64,000 nt of DNA, taken from Octopus vulgaris. Its lineage: Eukaryota. The notes beneath the pieces were generated by a model. The model made no database searches. It saw only the letters and a program-made list of their open reading frames with translations, and was not told the origin of the DNA. How positions within the stretch are numbered: position 1 is the first letter of the stretch; every line of letters starts with the position of its first letter. This document shows positions 25,038 to 38,534 of the stretch, one piece after another. Location: positions 69,812,001-69,876,000 of the forward strand of contig OX597818.1 in the NCBI GenBank assembly GCA_951406725.2, read 5' to 3'. The position numbers and the translations under genes are program-made.

Positions 25038-25879
25038 TCAGTATGTATATTTGTATTTGATTGTACATGGGTAGTTGAACCACTGAACTCAACACGTTTC
25101 TTTCATTCTCTCTCTCTTTATTTCCTCTTATTTCTTTCTTTTGAAGAGCATAGGTTTGAAACATAAAAGACTTTTCCATTTTTTCCCAAGTGTTAAACTA
25201 ATACACCTGCTTGTTGTTTATACACCTGTCTTCATCTTTGTTTTTCTATAAATTTCAACTATATATATATTTACACGGATATGCATTTAAGTATATGTGG
25301 TAGATTTATGGTTGCCATTCCATTTGGATTTACTTAGGAAAAATGAAATAAGATTTAGAAGAGCATGCAGCCATTTTTTTTTTTTTGTTAGATAGTAACA
25401 TTCACACCCAACCACCCCTACACACCTCTATAGAAAGATAAATAATTTGTTTCTAATGCTGGAACATGAAGGAGATAAAACTATAAATAAGATCATATAC
25501 ATATTGGCTTAACTGTTTGCAGAAGATGTAGGTTTAGATCCCACGAGAAGCTTTCGATCTTTTTTTCTATCCAAAGAATTCTTAACACAATTTGTATCTG
25601 CAATTATTTTTAGCTTCATCTACTTCGAGTTCTATCATTAAAAATGAATTATTTCATGTTTCTCAAATTTTCAAAATTTTTATGTTGTAAATAGAAAATA
25701 AATTTTTTCACAAAAGTTCCAAATGGCACATTAATTCTTATTAGAATCAAAGATTATTAAATCTGGTCCATTTGACTTGCTACCCAAACTATTCCAAGAT
25801 ATTTCTTTCTTCACTTAATAATGACTTATGTTCAATTAGCAATTTTATTGTTTGTTATTATATATTTCCCTTTAATGCC

Positions 25880-26075
25880 GATGAGCTGACGGAATCATTA
25901 GCATTCTGGACGAAATGCCGCATAGCATTTTGTCTGTCTTTACATTCTGAGTTCATATGCTGCTGAGGTCGACTTTACATTTCATCCTTTCAGGGTCAAT
26001 AAAAAAAGACCAGTTGAATATTGGGGATCAATGTAATAAAAAAAAAATGCTGGCCTTGTGCCAAATTTGAAGCCA
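25880..26075 (+). mobile_element. tRNA-derived SINE
   Basis: Same head, B box and core as the other copies. Confidence 0.8.
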
Positions 26076-26574
26076 TTGTGCTTTCTTTCCTCTTCTTCCC
26101 CATTCTGGAACCTTCCTTACACCACCCTGTCAGCTGACCTTTATTATACTTCACCTGTTTTGTTTTGTCATTTTTTTTTTACATTCAAATTATTTCTTTA
26201 GTTCACATATTTAAATAAAACATAAATTCCTTTGATTGTTGTTTTATAACAAATGTAAAAGTCATCTTCCTGGCCCTGCCACGCACACAGACACACATTC
26301 GTGCACAATCTTTTAATGAGGTTTCCTTCTTGTCTTCCTAACTGGATATACCAGAGGACAAAACCTTTCTTCGTTGGTTTAACAAGCCGAGAGGTGAAAC
26401 TTGAAGACCAAATCAACTCGAAATTTCCAATAAATTTGATTCTACTCTCAGCATTGAGTTACTTCCACTCCTCATCAGTAAGCGTTCCATTGTTATTCTA
26501 AAACTTGCTTTCAAATAACAACCTTAATTTAACATTATATACATCAACAGATACATACATATAGGCTCACACAT

Positions 26575-26733
26575 ACTCACGCACATATATACACACATGC
26601 ATTCATATATATATGTACACACGTGCTCACACACATATTTACATTTGTATATATGTATGGATATATATGTATGTACATATGTATGTATAAGTATATATAT
26701 ATATATTTTTTTATATATATATATATATGTATG

Positions 26734-26771
<38 letters not shown>

Positions 26772-26960
26772 TGTGTGTGTGTGTTTGTGTGTATGTATAT
26801 ATGTATAATCATATATATATATATATATTACCTGTATATGTATGTGGGCAATTACACCGCCCATATGTATGTCATATGTATGTATATGATGTATGCACAT
26901 GTATGTATATATGTGTGTCTATATATGTAAGCACTTATACCATATGTGTATGATGTATGA
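26575..26960. repeat. (TA)n/(TG)n/(TATG)n low-complexity tract
   Basis: Direct inspection. Confidence 0.9.
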
Positions 26961-27329
26961 ACAGTCATCTTTCCATTGATGTCTCCTTTTACATTATGTT
27001 GAATATTTTATATTTTATCCTAAGAACAAAGATAACAAATATTAGCTTCAGAAAACAGCAATTTCCTTGAGATAAAAGATAACAATATTCTACTGAATTT
27101 CAAATAATCTTGAAGAATGGTTTATTAACTACAAACTTCCTGATTGTGTTATGCTAAAGATTTCAAATACATTACTTATTTCAAATGTTTTCTGCTATTA
27201 GCACAAGGTCGCATGTTTAGGATAGAATTTAGACGATAGAAAGCTGACCCAGTCTCTGACTGGTACAAATTTTTTTGAATCCTATAAGATCGTTTTATTT
27301 GTTGCATCTGGAGAAAATGGATGTGTATA

Positions 27330-28000
27330 ATACCTCTGAGGTTCTCTGAGATAGGTGAACTTGGCACCATTAATGTTCTGTATAAATTCTTGTAGGCCAA
27401 AGCCGGCTGGAAATGCATGAACAGGAAGATGATTCAGGAGGGATTAATACTCTAGGGTGAAAGGACTGAGAGCAGTGACTAGTTTGGCCCTGGGGGGGAT
27501 TTTGGATGTAATGATGGGGGTGGGAGGTGGAGAGCTGAGAAACTTGAATAGTGTCAGTAACAGATAAGCTAACTCCAAGAAAGTGAGGCCATTATATGTT
27601 TCTTTATTACCCACAAGGGGCTAAACACAGAGGGGACAAACAAGGACAGAAAAACGGATTAAGTCGATTACATCATCCCCAGTGCGTAACTGGTACTTAA
27701 TTTATTGACCCCAAAAGGATGAAAGGCAAAGTCGACCTTGGCAGAATTTGAACTCAGAACGTAACAGCAGACGAAATACGGCTACGCATTTCGCCCGGCA
27801 TGCTAACGTTTCTGCCAGCTCACCACCTTAAGAGAGGCCATTATAGAAATGATAGAAAAATACAGAGGTAGAAGACAGCACACCTGTCAGGTGATGACTA
27901 GAGTGTGTTTACCTGTGATGGAATACTGATTGGACAGGTGACTCTTCTCAGATAGTAGTCCAGGATGTCTGCAGGAATAAAAGTAGTAGCAGCATGCTAG
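27330..28000 (-). mobile_element. Decayed CR1/L2-group LINE C-terminal fragment, interrupted by a SINE
   Basis: Piecewise DILDYYLRRV, RCAVFYLC.F..FYNGL..ELA, SQSF.PR...NHLPVHAFPAGFGLQEF.QNIN, resembling 'LD.IQRRA / RR.V.SL.LFY.YY.G / SFFPRT...WN.LP...FP...L..FK'. Confidence 0.55.
27597..27831 (-). mobile_element. Young full-length SINE with a 12-bp target-site duplication
   Basis: GAGGCCATTATA at both 27585-27596 and 27834-27845; the body is the reverse complement of 15743-15970 with CpGs retained. Confidence 0.92.
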
Positions 28001-28432
28001 ATGCAGGATGAAAGGCAATGCCAACCAAAATAGGATTTAAGATCACAATGCGAAGATACACAAATAAACAATCTACTAGATCTGTCACTCGAACAATTTT
28101 ACCAATTTTCTCCATTAAAGAACTAATTCTATAATCCCATGTCTTTTGGTTGTTTAATCATTTTTGAAAAGATAGTGACTTGTGGAAGGAACTGATTTCA
28201 TAAGTGAGCTTATCTCTTCTTCTATGCAAGTTCCTTTCCTCTTTAATGTGGTTGCTTTGCACCCCCACCACTCTCTCTCGCTCTCACCCTCTCTCTCCTT
28301 CTCTCTCTCCCTCCCTTTCTTTCTTTCTGTTGTATGACTCAATTTAATATCTTTCTTCATAGATGATACTCTCAAATCTCAAAGCTTTTGGTCTTGTTAA
28401 TATTAGATGTCAAGTATGAGTTTAGAAATTTA

Positions 28433-28578
28433 TGTGTGTGTGTCTGTGCGTCTGTGTCTGTGTGTCTGTGTCTGTGTGTCTGTGTCTCTGTTGTGTGTGT
28501 GTGTCTGTGTGTCTGTGTTTGTGTGTCTGTGTCTCTGTTGTGTGTGTGTTTCTTTTCTGTTTTGTTTTGTTTTGTTTT
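28433..28578. repeat. (TGTGTC)n and (GTTTT)n microsatellite
   Basis: Direct inspection. Confidence 0.9.
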
Positions 28579-29349
28579 TCCCGTTTCCTCGCAGCTCCAA
28601 TCAGCTCTGCTTGAACGATTGTATGGCAATAGTAGTGATCAATCAAATATTACAGAACAATATAGAGATCAAGCATCATGGAGATTCAGATATAAGATAT
28701 CCAGTGTGTCAATGTGGATTAACCACCATTTTGTTGACATCATTATCATAATAAATGTAGGTAATATAGCTTCCATTCTAATGACTGCTGAAATACCAAA
28801 CACAAAATCTTAAGTCATAGAAAATCAGAGAAAAGTTATTCAGAGAAACTTGGCCACGGCTTTGAACAAGTTGTTCAAATAGTTTTTTAACCCCAAGTCA
28901 GCCTTTACAGAGTAAATTTATGATCAAAGGCATTCCAACTATGACCATCCCATTTTTCTGGTCTCATTTCAAATATCCACAACTACTTTATCAAAGTGCA
29001 TGACCTAGTGGTCAGCATGTTGCTCTCAGGTCATGGGTTCCAGACCAGTGGTGTGTTTTGTTCTGGAGCAAAACACTTTGTTCCACATTGTTGCAGAGCT
29101 GGATGGGGTTTGGCCAAAGAACAGACCAAATGTTTCTTCGATATGTCATAAAGGGAATCTGAAAGAGTTTGAGGTATGGTTTGCATTCTGACCTCATAAA
29201 ACCCTCACAAGCAACAGCGATTCAAAGAGACCCACGAGTTGGAGGGTTGTCACCTGAGTGGTGCAAAGGTGTTATCCACCAGGTGTAGTTAGGGGAATCA
29301 GCAACAAAATGGTGGATGCAGCAACATGCCGTTGCAGCACATGCCCCCA

Positions 29350-29379
29350 TGCTGCTGCTGCTGCTGCTACTGCTACTGT

Positions 29380-29439
<60 letters not shown>

Positions 29440-29451
29440 CACTACAACTAC
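29350..29451. repeat. (GCT)n/(ACT)n microsatellite
   Basis: Direct inspection. Confidence 0.95.
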
Positions 29452-31087
29452 TTTATCCCTCTTTGAAATGATAGACAGTGAATTGAAGGATGGTTGGTTA
29501 CTATTTCTAGCAGACGAAATAACCATACAGTGTCTCACATTAGTTTACCTGAGTTTCTTACCTGACAATAAAGGACCTCACATATTGGTTTTGTTTAAGT
29601 TTGGTTGATTGATTATTGGTTTAACATAAGATTAGAAGTGATCCACTACATTTCTGATCAAAGACGTTCCACATGTGGCCACCCTGAACTGCATTCAAAC
29701 ATAATTTATACAGGAATGTATTAACCAATGTGACATTTTACTTTTCAAGACAGAAGGACATGGGTCTGAGGGAGAATAGTCTGCTATTTCTTGCAGGTTT
29801 AATGACTGTTTAGAGGGTCCATCTTTGCTTTAATTCTGACGGACAGATGTCAGAAATCACCGTCATTCATTCTTTCATCATTATCCTCCCCTTAACATCC
29901 ATTTTCCTTGCTGGCATCAGTTGGACAGTTTGATAAGGAGCTGACAGGACAAGAGAGCTGCACCAGGATTTCTGCCAGGTGTGATAGATATTACCAATCA
30001 TCATCACCAACTTTATGTCTGTTTTTCCATGCTGGCATGGGTTGGAGAGGTTGTCACGGTCTGAGTCCCATTGAGAGCTGCAGGTCACCAAGACTCGGAA
30101 GTTGATAGTGTCAGTTGGCTTAGTTTCTACCGCCGGATGTCCTTCCTAATGTCAGCCACTTTACAGCAGGGGCTGAGGTTGAATAGTCCTTGGTGAGAAG
30201 AACTGAAAGGATTTCATATCCTTATGCTTTTATTGTTCGTTTAATCAACCCTTTGAACAGAGAAAACATAGGGTTAACCAACAAATAATTTCAGTGACTT
30301 TGGCAGCATGAGCAAATGTGTCAAAAATTCTATTGAATTAGAATTTTTTCTTTGTTTTCTTTTTTTTTTGTGGTGTTAAAAGACTTTTTCTGAGTGAACC
30401 AATTCTAATTTAGTAAAAACATGAATAGATATTTCGCTTGAAAAAAAAAATCAATCGAACTGAACTATCTGCAGTGAAACATGCAGTTATTGAATGTAAA
30501 AATTAAATATTCAAAGCTTTTGATTGCAATGAAGACAACTAAACGTGTAAATGAGTAAATCTATGATTGATCTGAACAGGTTTTTTTTTTCTCTTTTACT
30601 TGTTGTGAGTGGGTCCAAAAGAGGAAAAATCTAATAACAAATGAGAGCAAATGCATGATTGATCAAGGGGGAGGGTTTGTTGTTGTTGCTGTTGTTATTG
30701 TTGTTGGAGGCAGCTCTAATATCAAATGCTTCCAGGCCATTTCCTTGTTTAACACCACCACATCTCAGCCAACTTTAACAAATGTACTTTAAAAAGTGTT
30801 TTTACTGAAGCTGGCTCACTCTGAAGCATCGAGACCTGTTTCTGTCCCCGAAATAGATAAATCTTTCATTCGATGTGCTTCTTTCTTCTTTGCCAACTTA
30901 CAAATCGAGTTTCCTTCATTCTTTTTCTCCAACAATCTTGGAAATCTTCCAAAAATGTCATGGATACTATCTTTCCTTGTCTGACAAAGTATCCCTCCCC
31001 CCTCCCCCAAACCCCCATTTAAATACTAATAATTTTCAGTTGAGGGGGTTGAGGTGATGTTGTTGACACCCCATGCCTGACTGGTAT

Positions 31088-31430
31088 TTTATTGTTATGT
31101 TATGTTTGTTTGTTTGTTTGTTTGTCCGTGGACATCTCAAGAGCCACTGGATGGATTCAGATGAAACTTTCAGAGATGTTTGGCCTTGTGACTGGCAGGA
31201 ACTGATTAGATTTGGGGATCGATCTGGTACCAAACAAGGATTCTGGATTATTTTTCCAGTTTTCTTACTTAATTTTTGAGAGTGGTGGGGTTCATTTTTA
31301 GTATTGTCGTTTGTGAGGGCAGTTGAGTTTATTTCAGATATTCACATTTTAAAAATCATCTCCAGTTAATCGTTGAGAGGACATTGGTGTTGCCTTGGCA
31401 GATATTTGCACTCACTGAGTGCTCTTGTTA
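31088..31430 (+). mobile_element. Helentron-associated non-autonomous element (HINE/DINE-1-like), 5' end eroded
   Basis: (TTTG)n near the 5' end, 'actggatggattcagatgaaactt' core, 3' sub-TIR ccttggcaga, terminal stem-loop GCACTC-act-GAGTGC (31408-31422) followed by tcttgtt. Confidence 0.65.
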
Positions 31431-32405
31431 TTATTTCATTTTATTTCATTTCATTTTATTTCAGTGATCCTCAAAGAATAAAACACTGAGTTCACATTTG
31501 TAAGAGTTGAACTCATAAAATAAAGAATCAAAATAAATACTATAAGGTATTTTTTCCAATACTTTAATGATTCTGCCAGCTCACTGCTACCAAATTATGT
31601 AGCTGGCAAGAAGTACTTTATCTAAATATCGACTCAATTCAGAAATTAAAAATACATATTGCTACAGCATGGCCTTAACAACTGAAGGTTTCACTCCCAA
31701 GGGTTTCAATGAGGAGAAAAGGTCTCCAGAAATATCTCCAGAAAACCCATCCCCTTAGAGGAAATCTCTTGGGCTCCCAAATCCTCATATGCAATACAAG
31801 AAAATATAAAGAAACTTGCTTTATGTTAACTACAGCAGGTTTTTAAAAAAATACAGGAGAGGTGGCCACAATTGGAATAGTCTTTGTTTGACTGGGTTTT
31901 ATTTATAATCTGAATGTCATCACTACCATCGTCGTTGTCGTCACAGTCATCATCATCATCATCATCATTGCTATCAGTATCACTTTTTTTAAAGTCTATT
32001 TTACGATGTCGTCTGTTAAACTGACCTGGACAGGACAAGTTCATAAAATGTCACGTCTGCTCCTCAGCGTCCTCCAATATCAGTTTTTACTGTCATGACA
32101 AGATAAGCATGAATGCCACTACATTATCTCCCATAACATCCTGGATAGTCTTCAAATATCAGCATAAACCAATAAAACAGCTTCTACATAGTCACACCAC
32201 CTTTAAGAAATAGCAGCCAAATCTCCCTCACATTGCACCCTACTGTCTTTGAAAACAGGAGCAACACATTGGATAATGTAGTCCTAGGTGCACTGTGTAT
32301 GAAAACAGGTGATGTGCTTGTGGTTGGAACATTTTTGATCATAGTTTTACTGGATCCCGACTGACCTCAGGGCTAAACACAAACAGCAGTCACCACACAC
32401 ACACA

Positions 32406-32477
<72 letters not shown>

Positions 32478-32764
32478 TGTGCCCCTTTCTGCCCAAGTGT
32501 TTCTCTTCCATTTACACATCATATCTCTCCGCCCATTCCAGACATCCCTCTTCACCTGTACAGCATTTGATCCAGACTCTCAGACACACCCTTCACCTCA
32601 CTCCACCTCTCACCCATCTCTTCTTGTGTTTCACAGAACATGTGCATCTAACAAGCTGCATCTTTTATTGTCACTGAAGCCTTTCATTGTTAAGCTTCAC
32701 TGAACAAGAAATACAAGTGGCATCCAGTTATCTTTTGCTTTCTCATACAAAAATCTCTATTAAT

Positions 32765-32855
32765 TATTATCATTATTATTATCATTATTATTATCATTAT
32801 TATCATTATATGACCATTCCAAAATATAACAATATTATTATCATCATCATCATCA

Positions 32856-32920
<65 letters not shown>

Positions 32921-32987
32921 GTTATTATTATTATTATTATCATAATTATTATTAATATTATTACTATTGTTGTTGTTGTTATTATTA

Positions 32988-33033
<46 letters not shown>

Positions 33034-33050
33034 CATTATTATTATTGTTA
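32765..33050. repeat. Long (TAT)n/(CAT)n microsatellite
   Basis: Direct inspection. Confidence 0.95.
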
Positions 33051-33384
33051 TCTGCAATAAAGCACTGAATTGTGCTTTTTCATAACAATTCTATGAGCAC
33101 AAAGCCTCTTAATTGAGAAGCACCTAATTAAATCAACAGACGAGCAGCAATTCTTGAACTGCTGTGATTGTTTGAAAATGGTAGAAGCAGGAGATTTGCA
33201 GAATTGTTTGTGTGTTGGGCAAAATCCTTGCCATGTTTAGCTACGGCCCTTTGCATCTGAGTTTCTCCTTGATTTCCATCGTTATGAGGTCAATAAAATA
33301 AATACTAAATAATTATGTGTGTAGGGGGGAGGGGTGCAACATAATTACTTGACCCTCCTCTCTAAAATTCATGTCCTTCATTAT

Positions 33385-33831
33385 TGGTTTCAAATTTAGG
33401 CACAAGGCCAGAAATTTTGGGGGCCGGGGTAATAATAATAATTACTGGAGGCACAAGGCCTCATATTTGTGGGGTGAGGACTTGTCAATTATATTGACCT
33501 CAGGGTTTCACCGGTATTTATTTTATCGACTGTGAAAGGATGAAAGGCAAAGTCGACCTCAGGTGAATTTGAACTCAGAATATAGTGACTGGCAAAATAC
33601 CTATTTCTTTACTAGCCACAAGGGGCTAAACACAGAGGGGATAAACAAGGACAGAGAAAGGGATTAAGTTGATTACATCGACCCCAGTGTGTAACTGGTA
33701 CTTATTTAATCGACCCCGAAAGAATGAAAGGCAAAGTCGACCTCGGCAGAATTTGAACTCACTACGTAACAGCAGACGAAATACAGCTAAGCATTTCATC
33801 CAGTGTGCTAACAATTCTGCCAGCTCGCCAC
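33385..33831 (-). mobile_element. Cluster of tandem tRNA-derived SINEs (one full copy at 33601-33831)
   Basis: Repeated gaaaggcaaagtcgacctc...gaatttgaactc. Confidence 0.85.
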
Positions 33832-33994
33832 CCCCGGGGGTGAGGTGGGGTGGGGTGATGGGTAATAAGAATAATTAGCGGAGTTAATAACGTTTGACTG
33901 AAAAGTCTTCAAGGTGGTGCTCCAGCATGGCAGCAGTTTAATGACAGAAACAACCAAATGATTAAAAGATAAAACTAACTCATTTTGTATAAAC

Positions 33995-34300
33995 CTCCCT
34001 CTCTCTCTCTCCCTTTCTCCCTCTCTCTCTTCCCCTTTCTCCCCCTCTCTCTCTCTCCCTTTCTCCCTCTCTCTCCCTCTCTCTCTCTCCCTTTCTCCCT
34101 CTCTCTCCCCCTTTCTCCCTCTTTCTCTCTCCCTTTCTTTCTCTCTCACTCTTCTCTCCCTTCTCTCTCTTCTCTCTCTTCTCTCCCTTTTCGCTCTCCC
34201 TCTCTCTCCCTTTCTCTCTTTCTCCTTCTCTCTCTTCTCTCTCTTTTCTCCCTCTCTCTCCCTTTCTCTCTGTCTCTCTCCCTCTCTCTCTCCCCCTCTG

Positions 34301-34384
<84 letters not shown>

Positions 34385-34396
34385 CCTCTCTCTCTT
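33995..34396. repeat. (CT)n-rich polypyrimidine tract
   Basis: Direct inspection. Confidence 0.95.
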
Positions 34397-34621
34397 TTAT
34401 CGATCGTGTTATTCTTTGCTCCGCAGTGAAAGATTGTTTTTGTGCTGAAAATTGTAAAAATTTGCTGATTTGGTCGTCGGGACGACTTCTTTTCTGCTGT
34501 TACATAAGAATTTTGCTGTTGTTTCCCTCTTGTTTCAAGGAGGAAACAGTTAAAAACATGAATTTGCCACCAATTTCTTCCGAGTCGGAGGAAAACTTTG
34601 AAAATTTGTTTGAAAGCAAGA

Positions 34622-34762
34622 AGGCGAATAGGTGGGAGGAGGAAGGTAAAAGTGTAGAGGCGAATATGAGGGAGGAGGAAGGTAAAGGTGTAGAGGAAAT
34701 ATGTGGGAGGAGAAAGGTAAAGGTGTAGAGGCGAATATGTGGGAGGAGGAAGGTAAAGGCAG
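34622..34762 (+). repeat. 36-bp tandem repeat (about 4 copies) within LINE ORF1
   Basis: Unit aggcgaatatgtgggaggaggaaggtaaaggtgtag (EANMWEEEGKGV); the third unit is 35 bp and shifts the frame. Confidence 0.85.
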
Positions 34763-35706
34763 AGGCGTCGCACGCGCTCGTTACAAAAGCAGACGACAAG
34801 ATGTCTGCCGAAGCTAAACAAGAGGAAAAGTCAAGAATTAATTTTGCGAATGCAGAAACTCGCCCCTGTGAAAATATAGTCATAAACAAGGAAGATTTGA
34901 AGAAATACCAAGGACTACTCAAAAAGGAAGGTGAAAATGTGAAGTTTCCCCGTCCCAGTGAATTAATTAAGGCGACAGGGAGAAAAACTTTAAAGACGTA
35001 CCAGGTGAAAAATGGAAAAATTGACTTCGAGACGAGGGAAGCCATAGAGAAATGTTTGAGGTCGATATGGCAACAAACAAGTTATATAGCGAGGGGTAGT
35101 CGCTTCGGCACTGTAGGGATGCGTTTCCATAGCGAAGAAAAAGCCAGGGAACATTCAACTCTGGGTCGGACAAGAGTTAGAGCTCGTCATTCAAGCAAAC
35201 CCCTTAGATTTAGAAAAAAATGACCAGTTCACTTATAATTGGGGAAGATACCAGCCTGATGGTGGTAGTCGAGGGTCGAAAGCCCGGGGGCTGCAAATGT
35301 GGCGAGAAAGGCCACATAAGGTCGAACTGTAAAAAGAAAGAAACAGTCAAAGGAAAAGCAGCAGAAGAGGCAAGGACGACGCCCAAGACGACGACCACAC
35401 CGCTAGAAATAGCAGCCACGTCGGGTGCACCAATTACCGAATTACAGCCGACAGCGGGAGAAAACAACAACAACAACAACCAGGAGCGGGGGTCACCGTG
35501 GAACCTTCAAAACGAAGACGGAAACGAAAAGACTCCCCCTCTTCGGATACACTGGACTATGCTCCGAGGGAGACAAGCACACCCACACCCACAAATACAA
35601 CCGCAAACACACACGTAGCCAAACACACACACACACTGAAAAAAGCAGACATAGATACACCTACCACAAGCACACGCACACACCTACAAACACCCACGCT
35701 TCTACA

Positions 35707-36101
<395 letters not shown>

Positions 36102-36254
36102 CTCCACAACCGCCTAATATAAAAAAGAGAAACACTTTCGCAGCGATAAACAAAAATAATAAACTCTTAAGAAACCAAATTGGTTTCATGTGAATCGGCG
36201 ACAAAATATATGGCAACGGATTTAAATAGTATAATTCTTGAAAATGTCGAGTTT

Positions 36255-36487
36255 TATACCTTTTTTCTTTACTACCCACAAGGGGCTAAACACAAAGAGG
36301 ATAAACAAGGACAGAGAAACGAATTTAAGTCGATTACATCGACACCAGAGCGTAACTGGTACTTAATTTATCGACCACGAAAGGATGAAAGGTAAAGTCG
36401 ACCTCGGCGGAATTTGAACTCATAACGTAACGGCAGACGAAATACAGCTACGCATTTCGCCCGGCGTGCTAACCACTCTGCCAGCTC
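36255..36487 (-). mobile_element. tRNA-derived SINE nested in the Tx1-like element
   Basis: Collinear with 27597-27831. Confidence 0.9.
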
Positions 36488-37471
36488 TACCATCGACAAC
36501 ACAGACTAATCTTTTGCGGGGGACGTCGGCCCGTTACAGATGAACTTTTCGAGCCATCTGTACAGGCAATTCGCGAAAGAAAAGGACCTCGCAAACCACA
36601 ACCCTTACAGACAGAAAAGAGGAGGGTGACACAACAACCTCTCTCCCATTAAAACAGTAAGTTTTAAACATACGATTTTATATTTCACATTCTCGTTTAA
36701 ACCCTATTATTTAAATATTCGCGGCCTGGGGTCGGATTGGAAGCACGGCTGCCTCCTTGACGACCTTGGGTCGCATCGTTTGGACGTAGTTGTAATTACC
36801 GAATCCAGACTGAGTGGGCTGCAAGTTTTTCGCCCCTTCTAAACGGCTACGAGAAATACATTTCTCCCTGTCGACCCAGAAGGGGCGGAGGAGTAGCAGT
36901 GCTGGTCAGGAAAAACCTGGATTTCGAGATTAGAACTGACTTTATAGATCCGGAAGACAGGTTGGTCGTTTTGGATGTGACGCACAACAGTGATAAAGTG
37001 TTCAGGCTGGTCAACGTCGGCGTATGCGGACGACGTCACCGTCATCGTATCCCGGGTCGAGCACCTACAGTGGGTAGGTGAGGCCTTAATGGATTACGAA
37101 GCGGTGGCAGGAGCGAAAGTCAACCGGTCGGCTTGCAACTCGGCACCTGGAGGGGAAAATCGATGCCTTCCGACAGCTTCGTAGGACGTTGGACGGAAGG
37201 GCCGGTGAAAATGCTTGGAATCTGGTTAGGTCCAGATCTCCAGATAGAGAAGAATTGGAGCGAGGTGGCGAGAAAGGTGGATCAGGCACTCGTGCTTCTC
37301 TCCCAGTCGGGCAACACCGGTGGCGGAGGTACTACCTCGTTCTTCTATAGAGGGTTACTAGAGTTCAAGTGTGACGACGTCCTGGGAGAAACCCTAGGCT
37401 TCGACGAAGATCAACTGGCCAGACTGTTCCAAAGAACATTCGGGCCAGGGCCTATGGATAATTACCAAAAG

Positions 37472-37692
37472 TCTCTCTCTTCTCTCTCTCCACTCCCTTC
37501 TCGCTCTCCCTCTCTCTTTCCCTTTCTCCATCTCTCCCCTCTCTCTCTCTTTCCTTTCCCTCTCTCTCTCTCTCCCTTTCTCTCTCTCTTCTCTCTCTCC
37601 TCTCCCTATTTCTCTCCCTTTTCTCTTTCCCTTTCTCCTCTCTCTCTTCTCTCCCTTCTCGCTCTCCCTCTCTTCTCTCTCCCTCTCTCTTT
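37472..37692. repeat. (CT)n-rich polypyrimidine tract
   Basis: Direct inspection. Confidence 0.95.
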
Positions 37693-37942
37693 TTGGCAAG
37701 TGTCTTCTACAATAACCCCACGTTGACTGAGGTCTTGTGAGTGGATTTGGTTCAACAAAAGTGAAAGAAAGCTGTTGTGTGCGTGTATGAGCACACCTGT
37801 GTGTATGGACGTGTGTGTGGTTGTGTATACCTTTGTCTTGGCATCACATGATGTCAACCTGTGTAAATAAGTGTAAAGCAGTGTTATTTATTTCCAATCT
37901 TTAGCGCAAATCATGTGGCCCTGGGTTCGTATTACCTTGCTC

Positions 37943-38160
37943 TAAGGTGGCAAGCTGGCAGAATTGTTAGCACGTTGGGTGAGCTGCTTAGTGGAATCTT
38001 GTCTGTTGCTATATTCCAAGTTCAAATTCTACCAAGATCAACTTTATCTTTCATCCTCTCAGAGTTGATAAAAGAAATACCAGTTGCATACTGGGATCGA
38101 TGTAATCAACTTAATCCCTTCCCCAAAATTGCTGGCCTTGTGCTAAAATTTGCAACCAAT
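37943..38160 (+). mobile_element. tRNA-derived SINE
   Basis: aaggtggcaagctggcagaattgttagcac head plus the shared core. Confidence 0.8.
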
Positions 38161-38534
38161 ATTACATTGCTTAGAAACAGGTGAGGGTTAACAGCAGGAT
38201 GGGCATCCAAGTGTGGAAAATCTGGCTCAATGAAGTCTGTTTAAGACTCATGCAAAAAGAGAAACGCGGACATGAAAATGATGATATGACTTATTTAGAG
38301 AAAGATGGAAGAACATCACGCCTGGTCATTGCCAAGACCTGAAGATTGGTGAAGAAGGAGAAGAGAAAGAAACCAGAGTTGAGAGGCTGCTGTTTGAGGA
38401 ACCAGTGTATCAATGAATGGATGCTGAGCCTCAGAGAGTCTGAGACTTTTGATGGTTTGTAGTACTTGAGGAGACATGTCAAAGTAAGTGAAATCATGGC
38501 AGGACATGCTGTCCCCACCTCATACAAACACACA

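Noticed and set aside
25136-25172. Possible third hammerhead (tctt-TTGAAGA-gcataggttt-GAAAC-ata-aaaga)
   Set aside because: C3 is missing and stems II and III do not pair in this copy; at best a dead relic.
27913-27968. 56-nt minus-strand segment with good acceptor and donor sites
   Set aside because: It lies in register within the decayed CR1-like LINE fragment, so the splice signals are probably coincidental.
30820-30980. Short open minus-strand segment bounded by AG and GT
   Set aside because: Weak polypyrimidine tract and no recognisable protein similarity.
34622-34762. 36-bp direct repeats as a possible CRISPR array
   Set aside because: The repeats are contiguous with no spacers, lie in a LINE ORF1, and the DNA is eukaryotic.
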